From Squalus acanthias (taxonomy: Eukaryota): 64,000 nucleotides of DNA. The translations under genes were made by a program, and so were the position numbers. The stretch lies in contig CM059432.1 in assembly GCA_030390025.1 (NCBI GenBank), positions 35,652,001-35,716,000 on the forward strand, in the 5' to 3' direction. Shown here in pieces: positions 12,328-25,300 of this stretch (its first letter is position 1; every line of letters starts with the position of its first letter). The notes below the pieces were generated by a model. The model worked only from the letters and a program-made list of their open reading frames with translations, made no database searches and had not been told where the DNA came from.

Positions 12328-12957
12328 GTGTCAGCTGTGGCTCAGTTGGTAGCACCCTCACCTCTGAGTCAGAAGGTTGTGGGTTCAAGTTCCACTCCAG
12401 AGACTTGAGCACAAAAATCTAGGCTGACACTCCAGTGCAGTACTGAGGGAGTGCTGCACTGTCGGATGAGATGTTTCTTCGACAGCAACTCCCAAACCCG
12501 TGACCTCTACCACCTAGAAGGACAAGGGCAGCAGGCGCATGAAAACACCATCACCTGCAAGTTCCCCTCCAAGTCACACACCATCCTGACTTGGAAATAT
12601 ATCGCCGTTCCTTCATCGTCACTGGGTCAAAATCCTGGAACTCCCTCCCTAACAGCACTGTGGGAGTACCTTCACCAGACGGACTGCAGCAGTTCAAGAA
12701 GGCGGCTCACCACCACCTTCTCAAGGGCAATTAGAAATGGGCAGTAAATGCTGGCCCTGCCAGGGATGCCCACATCCCAGGAACGAATATTAAAAAAAAC
12801 GAGGCTCCATCTGCTCCTTCAGGTGGACGTAAAAGATCCCATGGCACTATTTCAAAGAGCATGGGAGTTATTCCCAGTGTCCTGGCCAATATTTATCCCT
12901 CAATTTACATCACTAAAACAGATAATCTGGTCATTATCACAGTGCTGTTTGTGGGGC
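12328..12957 (+). mobile_element. Deu-domain SINE interrupted by a LINE 3' fragment (about 12475-12800)
   Basis: tRNA head TGGCTCAGTTGG / GGTTCAAGT; insert matches LINE tail at 52420-52720. Confidence 0.75.
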
Positions 12958-13092
12958 TAGTCTGTAATGCCTTCCACAGTCAAATAACTTGTTGAGACTA
13001 GCAATTGAGAATAGCAACCCCTGTGCATATTACAGTAGGGGAATAGCATATATATAAATCAATTATTTATTTACCGACCTTCCGGTTTTCAG

Positions 13093-13230
13093 ATCTTTGA
13101 AGGTGTTATTAACTTACTGGACAAGCTAGCCGTTTGGTACCATTCAGACAACGGAACATCTGACCTGAAGGAAATGGCTCAGATTGGCCTCCGGGTTATC
13201 CTGGGCTACATCGTACAAGATGACATGCAG
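13093..13230 (+). CDS. NBEAL2: NBEAL2 exon 4 (IFEGVINLLDKLAVW...EMAQIGLRVILGYIVQDDMQ)
   Basis: tttcAG / GTTTGT, 138 nt, phase 0-0. Confidence 0.9.
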
Positions 13231-14169
13231 GTTTGTAAACTTTCACTTGTGAAAATCAACACAAGAGCCAGGACCTCACCATCTCCGAGGTTTCAATCCC
13301 AGACAAGGCCATTTCTCATCACTTCCTTGCCTTCCCTCATCTCCTTGACGTCCTCCAAACCCTCTAACTACAACTTCCAGTGCTAGGAAAACTTGCCTCT
13401 TATGTAGGACCCTCTCAAGCTGCTAACTCCCCTTCTGATGCCCCTCCCCCACCATGACATGGCTGCCTCTGTTGAATTGCTCAGGAGGATGAGAATTTTA
13501 AATTGGAGACATTATGGGGACTGGGAGCCAATGTAGGTCAGTAAGGACAGTGGCAAAAGTGAGCAGGGCCTGTTGCTTGATGGAGTACAGGCAGCAATGT
13601 TTTTGATGAGCTGAAAGTTTGCAGCAGGTGGAGGATGGAAGCAAGTCTGTTGGATATATTAAAGTCGAGTTAGTTGAGCTTATTGCTGATAAGCTTGCAG
13701 CTTTAACGGTGATTCCTGGAGGTTATACAATCTTGACCTTTGAGTCAGTGTACTAAGGTTGGTGGTCTCACTTCCTCAGGGATGCTTGTGTCTATCTGCC
13801 TCCGGGACATCAGTCTGATGAATCCTTGTCGTCGCAAAAAGTCTAATTTCTTCCAATGTTTGTTTACACAGTAGAACTAATCTTGCTTCTGTTCTCGGAG
13901 ACTTAAATACAAGGTACATACTGACTTATTTGTCCATCTCTAGTTAGTAGAGCTCTTAACTCAAAGTTTCTCTAAACTCCAGTGACCTCCCTTTATTTAT
14001 AAAGTAAAGGATCGCATATACTTTTTAACAACCTTATCAACTTATCCTACCACCTTCAAAGATTTGTGTATGTGAACCCCCGGGTGTCTCTGTTGCTGCA
14101 CCCCCTTTAAAATTGTACCATTTGTTTTATACTGCCTCTCCTCATTCTTCCTCCAAAAATGCATCACTT

Positions 14170-14750
14170 TCCTTGTATATAACCTTGATTAGACCACACT
14201 TAGAGAACTGTGCACAGTTCTGGTCTCCCATTACAAAAAATATATAGAGGCACTGGAGAAGGGGCAAAAAAGATTTACAAAACTGATACCAGTACTGAGA
14301 GGTTTTAACTATCAGGAAAGACTGAACAGGCTTGGGCTCTTTTCTCTAGAAAAGAGAAGGCTGAGGGGTGACGTAATAGAGGTTTTTAAAATGATGAAGG
14401 GGTTTGATAGCATAGACCTAGGGAAGATTTTTCCACTTGTGGGGGGAGTCCAAAACTAGGGGTCATAAATATAAGATAGTCATTAATAAATCCAATAAGG
14501 AATTGAGGAGAAACTTACTTACCCAGAAAGTGGTTAGAATGTGGAACTTGCCACCACTTGGAGTAGTTGAGGCAAATGGCATAGGTGTAATTAAGAGGAA
14601 ACTAGATAAACACATGAGGGAGAAAGGAATAGGAGGATATGCTGATAGGGTTAGATGAAGTAGGGTGGGAGGAGGCTCATGTGGAGCATAAACACTAGCA
14701 TAGACAAATTAAGCCAAATGGCCTGTTTCTGTGCTGTAAATTCTATGTAA
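14170..14750 (+). mobile_element. CR1 LINE 3' fragment
   Basis: RPHLE, FSLEKRRLRGD, TRGHKYK motifs. Confidence 0.8.
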
Positions 14751-15125
14751 TTCACACTTCACTGCATTAAATTTCATTAGTTGCTCCTATCACTTTGTCT
14801 GACCTCAAATAATGGCACATGCCAGTACAAGATAAGAATGGCTCTCCTAGGCACTTCCTATCTTGATCGGACAAGATCAGTCTCCATTCAACATAGAAAA
14901 GCTTGAGTGTGTCTAGCTTTTGGCCACTGGTGAGAACCAGCTATTAGCTATGAAAGACCTTTGTCCTCACAGTACCGTCTTATTCCTAGCATATTAGTTT
15001 TAAATGTATCCTCATCTCCCTGCCTCTATCTAATGCCCATTAAATCTCTACATATATGGAAAAATGTCTTGTTTACTCAAGATGTTGCCTCTGCATTCAG
15101 TTCGCTGCTCTTCAACTCTTCTCAG

Positions 15126-15428
15126 GTGTGTGCAATGGCCTGTGTCAAACTTCATAGCCTCCTTCAGACCATGCCGATACGGAAGGAGGAGGCCTGCTTC
15201 TTGCTGGGAAAACTGGACGTTCCCCTCACCAGATCCATCAAGGGAAAGACCGAGATCTTCTCATACCTGATGCCCATTGTTCGCACTCTCATGGACCAGT
15301 GTTACCAGTTGCTTGAGCTCCAGTACCAGCTGCCATCCCTGCCACCCACCAATGGCAGCCCAACCTTCTTCGAGGATTTCCAGCATTTCTGCGTCACCTC
15401 TGAATGGAGATTATTCATGGAAAGACAC
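15126..15428 (+). CDS. NBEAL2: NBEAL2 exon 5 (VCAMACVKLHSLLQT...LPPTNGSPTFFEDFQ...ERH)
   Basis: ctcAG / GTGAGT, 303 nt, phase 0-0; TNGSPTFFEDF motif. Confidence 0.92.
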
Positions 15429-15479
15429 GTGAGTACTTTATGAACCTAAGCATAGTTTGATGCGTCTACATGTTTCTCT

Positions 15480-15960
15480 TGAAACCCGCACCAAGTCCCG
15501 CTCACCCATCTCCCCTGCGCTCACTGACCTACATTGGCTCCAGTTAAGCAACGTCTCAATTTTAAAATTCTTATCCTTTGTTTTTAGATCACTCCGTGGC
15601 CTCACCCCTCCCTATCTCTGTAAAATCCTCCAGCCCTACAACCCTCTGAGATCTCTGCGCTCCTCCAATTCTGGCCTCTTGAGCATCCCGGATTTTAATT
15701 GCTATACCATTGGTGGCCATGCCTTCAGCTGCCAAGGCCCTAAGCTCTGGAATTTCCTCCCTAAACCTCTCTGCTGCTCTACCTCTCTTTCCTCCTTTAA
15801 GGCGCTCCTTAAAACCTAGCTCTTTGACCAAGCTTTTGGTCTTCTGCCCTAATATCTCCTTGTGTGGCTCAGTGTCAAATTTTGTTTGATAACGCTCCTG
15901 TGAAGCGCTTTGGGACATTTTACTACATTAAAGGCACTATATAAATACAAGTTGTTGTTG
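15480..15960 (+). mobile_element. L2 LINE 3' fragment
   Basis: TRTKSRSPISPALTDLHWL, PKLWN motifs; (GTT)n tail. Confidence 0.8.
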
Positions 15961-16269
15961 TGATTTGCGTGATTTTATGTGTGTGACATTCTGGGACGGT
16001 TCTCCCGGAATGCAGTTAGCATTAACCTCATTGTCCTTGGCTTCTAATATCAATCTTTCCCATCTCAAAGCTTTGTGACTCCTCATGTCCATCAGTTATT
16101 CCTTTCTTCTACAGCCTTCAGGCTTTTAAAACTCGATCTTGGTGTCAACTGAACAATTCTTGATTTATCTTATCTTTTATCTTACTTGACAGTACCCTGC
16201 GTCGTATGACTCTTGACTCTTCACCTAGTTTTCTTAATTAAAAAAAATAAATCAGCCCAGGCACCACCT

Positions 16270-16960
16270 CCCAACTTGTTCTCTCTTCTTTTCTGCTCAT
16301 TCCTCAAGTCTGTCCAGGCATCTCCTCCCCAGTCACTCCTTCTGCCTATCCCACTGTCTTCTCCCCAGTTCAGTCTGCCTGTCTAGCCTGGTGTCCCTGC
16401 TCCTGCTCAGTGGTCCTCTCTATCCTGAATTGCTTCATCCACTCAATCCTCCAGTCTGACCTGAGATGATATCCCCAGCTCAGGTCTCCAGTCTGTCCGG
16501 GGATCTCTTCTACCACTCAGTCCTCCTCTCTGCCCTCATGTTTCCGAACCCACTCATCCTCATGTTATCCTGATGTCTTCTTCCCTTCTTGATCTTCATT
16601 TCTGTCCTGGACTCTCCATCCCGACTTGGTCCATATGCCTGCCCTATTAGCTCCTCCCTGACTTGGTCCTTTTGTATCTCCTAGTGTATCTTCCCCTGCT
16701 CAGCTCTCCCCTTGCCCAAGCCAAGGAGTCACATCCCCCACTCTGTCTTCACTGGTGTCACCTTACCCGCTTGATCTTCCTGTGCTGACATCTCCTCCCA
16801 GGCTTATCTTATCTTCTTCCATCCTATCCTATCAAATCTTATTCTATTTTATCCTATCTTATCTTATCCAAATCCAATCTTATCCTATCCTATCCTATTG
16901 AATCTTATTTTACCTTTTCAAGCCTACCTTATGCCACCTTACCTTCCCTTACCTTACCAT
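16270..16960. repeat. Pyrimidine-rich degenerate repeat followed by (CTTAT/CCTAT/CCTTA)n microsatellite
   Basis: Visible low-complexity composition. Confidence 0.7.
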
Positions 16961-17043
16961 GACTGTTCTGTCTTTTGTTCTTGTTAATGTGTTTTATTTG
17001 GTGTGTTAGCTTTCAGTGGATGTACCTATCTATGTTTTTGCAG

Positions 17044-17193
17044 GTTCTGAAAGCCATGACTCAGTACGAGGTCGACACATTTGCCAAAAGCCACAATCAG
17101 ATGTCCAGCTTCTGGAATTCCTGTTATGACTCGCTAATGAGCAGCTCGCTACGTAGGGAGCATGAGCGTGGGGAGAGCCGTTCCAAGTTCCAG
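17044..17193 (+). CDS. NBEAL2: NBEAL2 exon 6 (VLKAMTQYEVDTFAKSH...FWNSCYD...FQ)
   Basis: ttgcAG / GTAACT, 150 nt, phase 0-0. Confidence 0.9.
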
Positions 17194-17642
17194 GTAACTG
17201 ATGCACCTGGCAAGCATTGAAAAGGCCTTTTGACCCATTAAGCACACTCCTTTCACAGCCCCTGTGCAATCGACCTACCCATTCACTTAATCTTCTCTCT
17301 CAGACCCTGTACACTCTACCCTGTACACTCTAACCTATCATGAACTCTATCCTACCCATTTAATCTCCTGAATGAAAGCATTGATTCTTTCAAAGGCAAA
17401 TTAGATAAACTTCTTTCAGAAAATCACATTTTGGGAAACAGTATATAAGTAATTTGATTCGTGACATGTGGTAAGTGTAGTATGCTTGGGACGAACAGGT
17501 GACTTTGGACCTTTGGTTCCCAAAGCTCTCCACCACTGGGGTTTTCCTTGTCATTTCAGGGTTTGTTGTCGACTAATTAATAGAGATTGACAGTTATGAA
17601 CAGTCAACAACTCCATTCTAATTGTATCATGTAACTACGGTA

Positions 17643-20270
17643 GGGTACGGTAGTAAAGTGGTTATGTTACTGGACTAGTAATCCAGAGGCCTGGACTAAA
17701 GATCCGGAGTCTTGTTCAAATCCCACCACAGCAGCTGAGGAATTTGAATTCAGTTAATTAAATAAATCTGGAATAAAAAGCTAGTATCATGAAACTACTA
17801 GGTTAGACCATCTGGTTCTTTAATGTCCTTACCTGGTCTAGCCTATATATGACTCCAGACTCTTAACTGCCCTCTAAAATGGTCTAGCAAGCCATTCAGT
17901 TGTACCAAACCGCTACCAGGCACCAGACACGACAAAGGCACACCAAGCCCAGTCGACCCTTCAAAGTCCTCCTCACTAACATCTGAGGACTTGTGCCAAA
18001 ATTGGGAGAGCTGTCTGACAGCCTGACATAGTCATACTCACAGAATCATACCTTTCAGCATACCCTCCTCCATCACCATTCCTGAGTATGTCCTGTCTAA
18101 CCGACAGGACAGACCCACCAGAGGTGACGGCACAATGATATACAGTTGGGAGGGAGTGGCCCGGGCATCCTCAACATTGATTGAAGTCTCATGGAGTTAA
18201 AAATGGCCATGGAAAGCTCCTGCTGATGACTACCTTCCTCAGCTGATGAATCAGTACTCCTCCATGTTGAACACCACTTGGAAGAAACCACTGAGGGTAG
18301 CAAGGGCACAGAATGTACTCTGGGTGGGGGACTTCAATGTCCATCTTGTGGCTCGGTAGTACCACTACTGACCAAGCTGGCCGAGTCCTAAAGGACATAG
18401 CTGCCAGACTGGGCCTGCGGCAGGTGGTGAGAGAACCAGCACGAGGAAAAAACCTACTTAACTTCGTCCTCACCAATCTACCTGTCACAGATGCTTCGGT
18501 CCATGACAGTATTGGTAAGAGTGACCACTGCACAATCCTTGTGGAGACGAAGTCCCATCTTCACACTGAGGACACTCTCCACCATGCTAAATGGGATAGA
18601 TTCAGAATAGAACTAGCAACTCAAAACTGGGCATCCAGCAGCAGCAGAATTGTATTCCACCACAATCTGTAACCTCATGGCCTGGCATATCCCTCACTCT
18701 ACCATTACCATCAAGCCAGGGGATCAACCCTGGTTCAATGAGGAGTGTAGAAGGGCATGCCAGGAGCAGCACCAGGCGTACCTAAAAATGAAGTGCCAAC
18801 CTGGTGAAGGTACAACACAGGACTACATACATGCTAAAAAGCGGAAGCAGCATGCTATAGACAGGGCTAAGTGATCCCACAACCATCGGATCAGATCGAA
18901 GCTTTGCAGTCCTGCCACATCCAGTCGTGAATGGTGGTGGACCATTAAACAAATAACGGGAGGAGGAAGCTCCATGAATATCCCCATCCTCAATGATGGT
19001 GGAGCCCAGCACATGATTGAAAAAGACAAAGCTGAAGTGTTTGCCACCATCTTCAGCCAGAAGTGCCGAGTGGATGATCCACATTGGCCTGCTCCTGCGG
19101 TCCCCACCATCACAGAAGCCAGTCTTCGGCCAATTCGATTCACTCCACGTGATATCAAGAAGCAGCTGAGCGCACTGGATACAGCAAAGGCGATGGGCCC
19201 CGACAATATCCCGGCTATCGTGCTGAAGACTTGTGCTCCAGAATTAGCCGTGTCTCTAGCCAAGCTGTTCCAGTACAGCTACAACACTGGTATCTATCCG
19301 ACAATGTGGAAAACTGCCCAGGTATGTCCTGTCCACAAAAAGCAGGACAAATCCAATCCGGCCAATTACTGCCCCATCAGTCTATCAGTCTACTCTCAAT
19401 CATCAGCAAAGTGATGGAGGGGGTCATCAACGGTGCTATCAAGCCGCACTTACTCACGAATAACCTGCTCACTGATGCCCAGTTTGGGTTACGCCAAGAC
19501 CACTCGGCTCCCGACCTCATTACAGCCTTGTTCCAAACATGGACAAAAGAGCTGAATTCCAGTGGTGAGATGAGAGTGACTGCCCTTGATGTCAAGGCAG
19601 CATTTGACCAAGTTTGGTATCAAAGAGCCCCAGTAAAATTGAAGTCAGTGGGAATCAGGGGGAAAACTCTCCACTGGCTGGAGTCATACCTAGCACAAAG
19701 AAAGATGGTTGTGGTTGTTGGAGGCCAATCATCTCAGCTGCAGGAGTTCCTCAGGACAGTGACCTAGGCCCAACCATCTTCAGCTGCTTCATCAATGACC
19801 TTCCTTTCATCATAGGGTCAGAAGTGGGGATGTTCATTGATGATTGCACATTCCATTCGCAACTCTTTAGATATTGAAGCAGTCCGTGCCCGCATGCAGC
19901 AAGACCTGAACGACATTCAGGCTTGGGCTGCTAAGTGGCAAGTAACATTCATGCCACACAAGTGCCAGGCAATGACTATCTCCAACAAGAGAGAGTCTAG
20001 CCACCACCCCTTGACATTCAGCCAAGGCTTATTCGACAGCACCTCCCAAACCCGCAACCTCTACCACCTAGAAGGACAAGGGCAGCAGGCGCACGGGAGC
20101 ACCATCACCGCCAAGTTCCCTTCCAAGTCACAAACCATCCTGACTTGGAAATATATCGCTGTTCCTTCATCGTTGTTGGGTCAAAATCCTGGAATTCCCT
20201 CCTTAACAGCACTGTGGGAGTACCTTCACCACATGGACTCACCACCACCTTCTGAAGGGCTTTTGGGATA
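17643..20270 (+). mobile_element. Degenerate CR1/L2-group LINE (APE + RT) with tRNA-like 5' head
   Basis: A/B-box-like head; PDIVILTES, GDFN, SDH endonuclease motifs; KAMGPDNIP, QFG, ALDVKAAFD, FINDLP, FIDD RT motifs; frameshifted. Confidence 0.85.
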
Positions 20271-20274
20271 AACA

Positions 20275-21070
20275 ACAACAACAACTTGTATTTTTATAGC
20301 GCCTTTAACATATTAAAATGTCCCAAGGCACTTCACAGGAGTGTTATAAAGAAAAAGAAAGACTTGTATTTATATAGCTCCTTTCACGACCATCAGACAT
20401 CTCAAAGCGCTTTGCAGTCAAAGAAGCACTTTTAGAGTGTAGTCACTGTTGTAATGTAGAAAATGTATAAGACAAAAATTTGACACCGAGGCACATAAGG
20501 AGAAATTAGGGCAGATGACCAAAAGCTTGGGGCAAGGCCATGGAGAGATTTGAAAACAAGGATGAGAATTTTAAAATTGAGGCGTTGCTTAACCGGGAGC
20601 CAATGTAGGTCAGCGAGCACAGGGGTGATGGGTGAACGGGACTTGGTGCGAGTTAGCACACGGGCAGCCAAGTTTTGGATGACCTCAAGTTTACGTAGGG
20701 TAGAGTGTGGGAGGCCAGCCAGGAGTGCGTTGGAATAGTCAAGTCTGGAGGTAACAAAGGCATAGATGAGGGTTTCAGCAGCAGATGAGCTGAGGCAGGG
20801 GCGGAGGCGGGCAATGTTACGGAGGTGGAAATAGGCGGTCTTAGTTATTCTGCGGTTATGTGGTCGGAAGCTCAATTTGGGGTCAAATATGACACCAAGG
20901 CTGCAAACAGTCTGGTTCAGCTTCAGACAGATGCTAGGGAGAGGGATGGAGTCGGTGGCTAGGGAACGGAGTTTGTGGTGGGGACCGAAAACAGTGGCTT
21001 TGGTCTTCCCAATATTTAATTGGAGAAAATTTCTGCTCATCCAGTATTGGATGTCGGACAAGCAGTCTGA
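20275..21070 (-). mobile_element. L2 LINE fragment (with small SINE tail insert near 20355-20460)
   Basis: ORF 20432-21115 WMSRNFLQLNIGKT...LGVIFD...AFVTSRLDYSN...LHWLPV. Confidence 0.88.
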
Positions 21071-22127
21071 CCGTTTCTGGGCAATAAATGCTGGCTTTGC
21101 CAGCGACGCCCACATCCTATGAACAAATCTAAAAATAAAAACAGGATGGTAGAAGGCGAACTAGATGGACGTGGTCTTTTTTCAGTTAGTAATTCCTATG
21201 TTTGCAATTAAATCTAATGACTCTGGTCAATTAACAGTTCAACCTTCAGACCTAGTGGAGTTCTTGTTGCCAAACTGTCTAGTCTGAACCGTTGGCTTTT
21301 CTCTTGAAAAATGTTTTGTGTGACTTTTGGTATTTGTTCTTAGGATATGGGCCACGCTGGCAAGGATGCATTTATTGCCCATCCCTAGTTGCCCTAATAG
21401 GTGGTGGTAGACCTTCTCCTTGAACCTCTGCAGTCCTTGTGGTGATGGTGCTCCCACAATAGTGTTAGGTAGGGATTATCAAGATTTTGACCCAGCGACG
21501 TTGAAGGAACAGCAATATAGGTCCAAGTCAGAAAGATGTGTGGCTTTTTGGGAACCTGATGTGGCTGCTGTTCTCGTGATTTTGCGGCTCTTGTCCTTCT
21601 TGGTGCTAGATGTCATGCAGCTGGGAGGTGCTGTCACAGTAAGCTTGTTGAGTTGCCGATTGCATCCTCTAGATCGGACATTATGCAGCCACATTATGCA
21701 GTCCAGTGGAAAGGGCACCGATCAAGTTAAAAACCCAAAGCAAGCAAAAAGTAACCTTTTGTCGCAGTGCTGTTCAAGATTAGGAAACCGATTAATAAAA
21801 TCAATCCAATTAAATATTTCATCATACGCAAGGGTTCAAATCCCACGAAACCCAAGTTAAAACTTAGGGAGATAGAAGTAAGAAGGGAAGGCCATTGATG
21901 TAGACTGTATAAATGGATTTATACAGGTTTACGCAGCTTAGCTCAAGACATCCATTTGGACAGTTCCTCTAAGGAACTTAGATGTCATCTCCAGATGCTG
22001 ACTAGGTGGCAAGAGCAAGTTCCAAGAGTAGCCAATGCCTATTTAATGACAGATCCAACAATCCAGTCCCCTGGTTTTGACCTTCAACTCCATCTGTGGG
22101 TAAAGCTCAATTACTTCAGATGGGGAA

Positions 22128-22321
22128 TGTCGTAAGAATGAGCCTTACACGTGGTGAACTTAAAGTAAGCTTTAATCAACTAAAAAGGTGCTACATACAA
22201 AAGAGGTCTTACTCTATGCCTCTCCAGGATCCAACTAATCAGCCCAGTATTTATCCTGGACTAATCACAGGAAGTGATGCAATAAAGTTCGAGTCACAGG
22301 AAGCTGTATTGTGTTACCACA
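22128..22321 (-). repeat. 3' LTR
   Basis: 194 bp, identical to 26414-26607 by manual comparison. Confidence 0.96.
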
Positions 22322-22333
22322 TTCTCCCCCCCC
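22322..22333 (-). other. Polypurine tract (GGGGGGGGAGAA)
   Basis: Purine run directly abutting the 3' LTR. Confidence 0.85.
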
Positions 22334-22384
22334 AAAAGATTAGGAGGCCGGGATGAAGTTCGAGTCACAGGAAGCTGTATTGTG

Positions 22385-25300
22385 TTACCACATTCTCCCT
22401 CCATTTCGTAGCCGCTGGACGAGGGAGAGCCGCACCCGTTTGGGTTCTCGTAGCGGTAGAGGGCCCCTAGCCCGTTTACCCACCGCGGGCCGTGGACCAG
22501 AGTCCGAGTGATCCAGCCCGCTCTGTGAGGGGTCAGGACGATCCTGACTGTGTACTGGTGCCCGAACGGGTGTCGGGCAGGGCTGTGGCAGATCCGTTTC
22601 CGAGCGTACGGTACGGGGTGGATCGTGGCTGCGCGTGCGAGCCCCGACGGGCTCATAGTCAGTCTGCCCCAGGTCGGCACGCTGGAGTGAGGTACCAGCC
22701 GGCGTCAGATCCAGATCGTGATGAGAGGCACCTGGCGAGCCCAGAGATGTGCCTGGTACAATATCATCCCCTGGTGTCCCTCTATGTTTCGGCGGGCAGG
22801 GAGCCAGATCCCGCAATGACACGGTAGATTCCCGACCGTCAGGATACCGAATATAGGCGTAGGTAGGGTTGACGTCAGTGAGCTCAACCTCATCTACCAG
22901 GGGGTCATTCTTAGACGCCCGAACATATCTTCGGAGTAGCACTGGTCCCGGTGCAGTCAGCCACGACGGGAGAGATATCCCATAGGATGAGCGACGCTGA
23001 AATCGGAAGAACCGTTCATGAGGCGTCGTATTTGTGGCGGTCGAAAGGAGGGACCGTGTGGAGTGTAATGCGTCTGGAAGTACTGCTTCCCATTGCTGGT
23101 TGGGTAGGCCCCGAGATCTCAAAGCCAGACGTACCGCATTCCAGATGATAGCGTTAAAACGCTCGACTTGCCCATTCCCGACCGGATGATAAGGCGTCGT
23201 TCTGCTGGCAGCAATACCCCGTTCCGAGAGATAGGCCTTGAGTTCTCCTGACATAAAAGAAGGGCCCTGATCCGAATGAACATAGGATGCCATGCCACAG
23301 AAAGCAAATACCTGCTCAAGGCAGCTGATAACCGTGGTCGTCAGCATATTGGGGCAGGGAAAGGCAAACGGAAAACGGGAATACTCATCGACCATGGTCA
23401 ATAGATAAGTGTTGCGAGTTGAAGAGGGCAACGGCCCCTTAAAATCGATGCTAAGCCGTTGCATTGGCTGGGTCGCATGTATGAGTATACCACCCGAGGG
23501 GCGGAAAAACTGAGGTTTCAATTCCGCACAGACTCTGCAGTCCGAGCACATCTTCTTTACATCCCCGGTAGAGAATGGGAGATTTCGGGACCGCACGAAG
23601 TGTAGCATGCGAGTAACGCCCGGATGACACAACCCATCATGGATGTCTACGAGCGTAGAGGGTGCCATGGCGGAGCAGAATGCTCGTGTGAGGGTATCCG
23701 GAGCCACATTCTCCTTGCCAGGTCGATAGTGGATGGTGTAACCAAAAGAGGCCAATTCCAGCCGCCAAAGCTGGATTTTATTATTTTTAATTTTGGTCCG
23801 TTTTCGATTATCGAGCATGAAGGCGACCGATCGCTGGTCCGTGATTAAGGTAAAGTGCTGGCGAGCTAGGAGATGAGTCCACTTCCGTACTGCCTCTATG
23901 ATGGCTGTAGCTTCTTTCTCGACTGGAGGATAATGTAGCTCAGCCCCTTGAAAAGTCCTGGACAAAAATGCCACCGGACGACCTTCCTGATTCAGAGTGG
24001 CCGAGATCGCCACCTCCGAGGCATCACACTCAACAACAAAAGGAAGACTCTCATCGATGGAGTGAAGAGCCGCTTTCTCCAACTGTTTTTTCAGGAGGTT
24101 AAAGGCTGCAACAGCCGCTGTGTCTAGTGGGAATGTGCTGGCCTTCAGTAGAGGTTGGATTCGGTCCGAGAAGTTAGGAATCCATTTAGCATAGTATGCA
24201 AACAGGCCGAGGGCCCGGCGCAAGGAGGCCGGATTCTTAGGTGGCGGGAGTTCTTGGAGTGGGCGAAGCCTTTCAGGGTCAGGTTTAATGATGCCATTGC
24301 CCACACAATAGCCAAGGATGTTGATGGTTGGTTGTGACTCAATGGATTTAGCCGCATTTAATGTCAAATTACGGTGCTGGAGTGCATCCCAAAATCGTTG
24401 GAGATTGGCGTCATGTTCCCGCTGATTGCGACCTGCGACAGTAATATTGTCCAGATAAGGAAACGTATCCTTTAAGTCTTCCTGTTTGACCAGGTCATCC
24501 ATTGCTCGCTGGAAGACAGCCACTCCATTAGTGACCCCAAAGGGGAGGCGACGAAATTGATACAGCCGTCCATTGGCTTCAAAGGCCGTATACTGCTTGT
24601 CTGAGACCTTCAAGGGTACCTGATGATAGGCACTTTTCAGATCATATGTTGAGAACACCGTGTACTCAGCCAGTTTATTAACCATATCATCGATGCGCGG
24701 CAATGGGTATGCGTCCAAGTCCGTATATTGATTGATGGTCTGTGAATAGTCAATGCACAGCCGTTTCTTGTGAGGTTGTAGAGGGTTCTTAACAATAACG
24801 ACCTGGGCGCGCCATGGCGACGAACAAGGCTCGATGATATCCTCTGCTAAAAGCCGAGAAATCTCAGCCGCAATAAAAGACTGGTCTTCCTGACTGAAAC
24901 GTCGTGACTGTGTTATAATCGGTTTGCATCGAGGAGGGATACTGGTAAACAGTGAGGGTTCATCCAGTGAAGCTGCTGACAATGCACAGAACGGTAATCG
25001 AGGTCGTATATTAGAAATAGTGAGTTCAGGTTTGGATCCGCCGAACTCAATGGTGAGCTTCTTATGCTGCTTTTGAAAATCTAGCCCTAAGATAAGATCA
25101 CTACATAAGTCCTTGAGCACCGAAAGCCGGGTGGAGGGATACCTGTGACCATTAAGTGTTATTTCAACCATACAAAAGCCAGAAATTCTGGTATTAAGTG
25201 ATGACTGAGCCATCGCAATTGCCTGGTCCGATGGGAAAACATGTAGCTTTAACTCTGCAACAATCTGTTCCCTAATGAAACTATCAGTGCTACCTGAGTC

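Noticed and set aside
12328..12400. tRNA gene
   Set aside because: tRNA-like head continues into a SINE body; the same applies to the other A/B-box hits
22096..22356. Short ORFs repeated in the LTRs (also 26424-26615, 26600-26917)
   Set aside because: Antisense to the element and repeated only because the LTRs are; no recognisable motif
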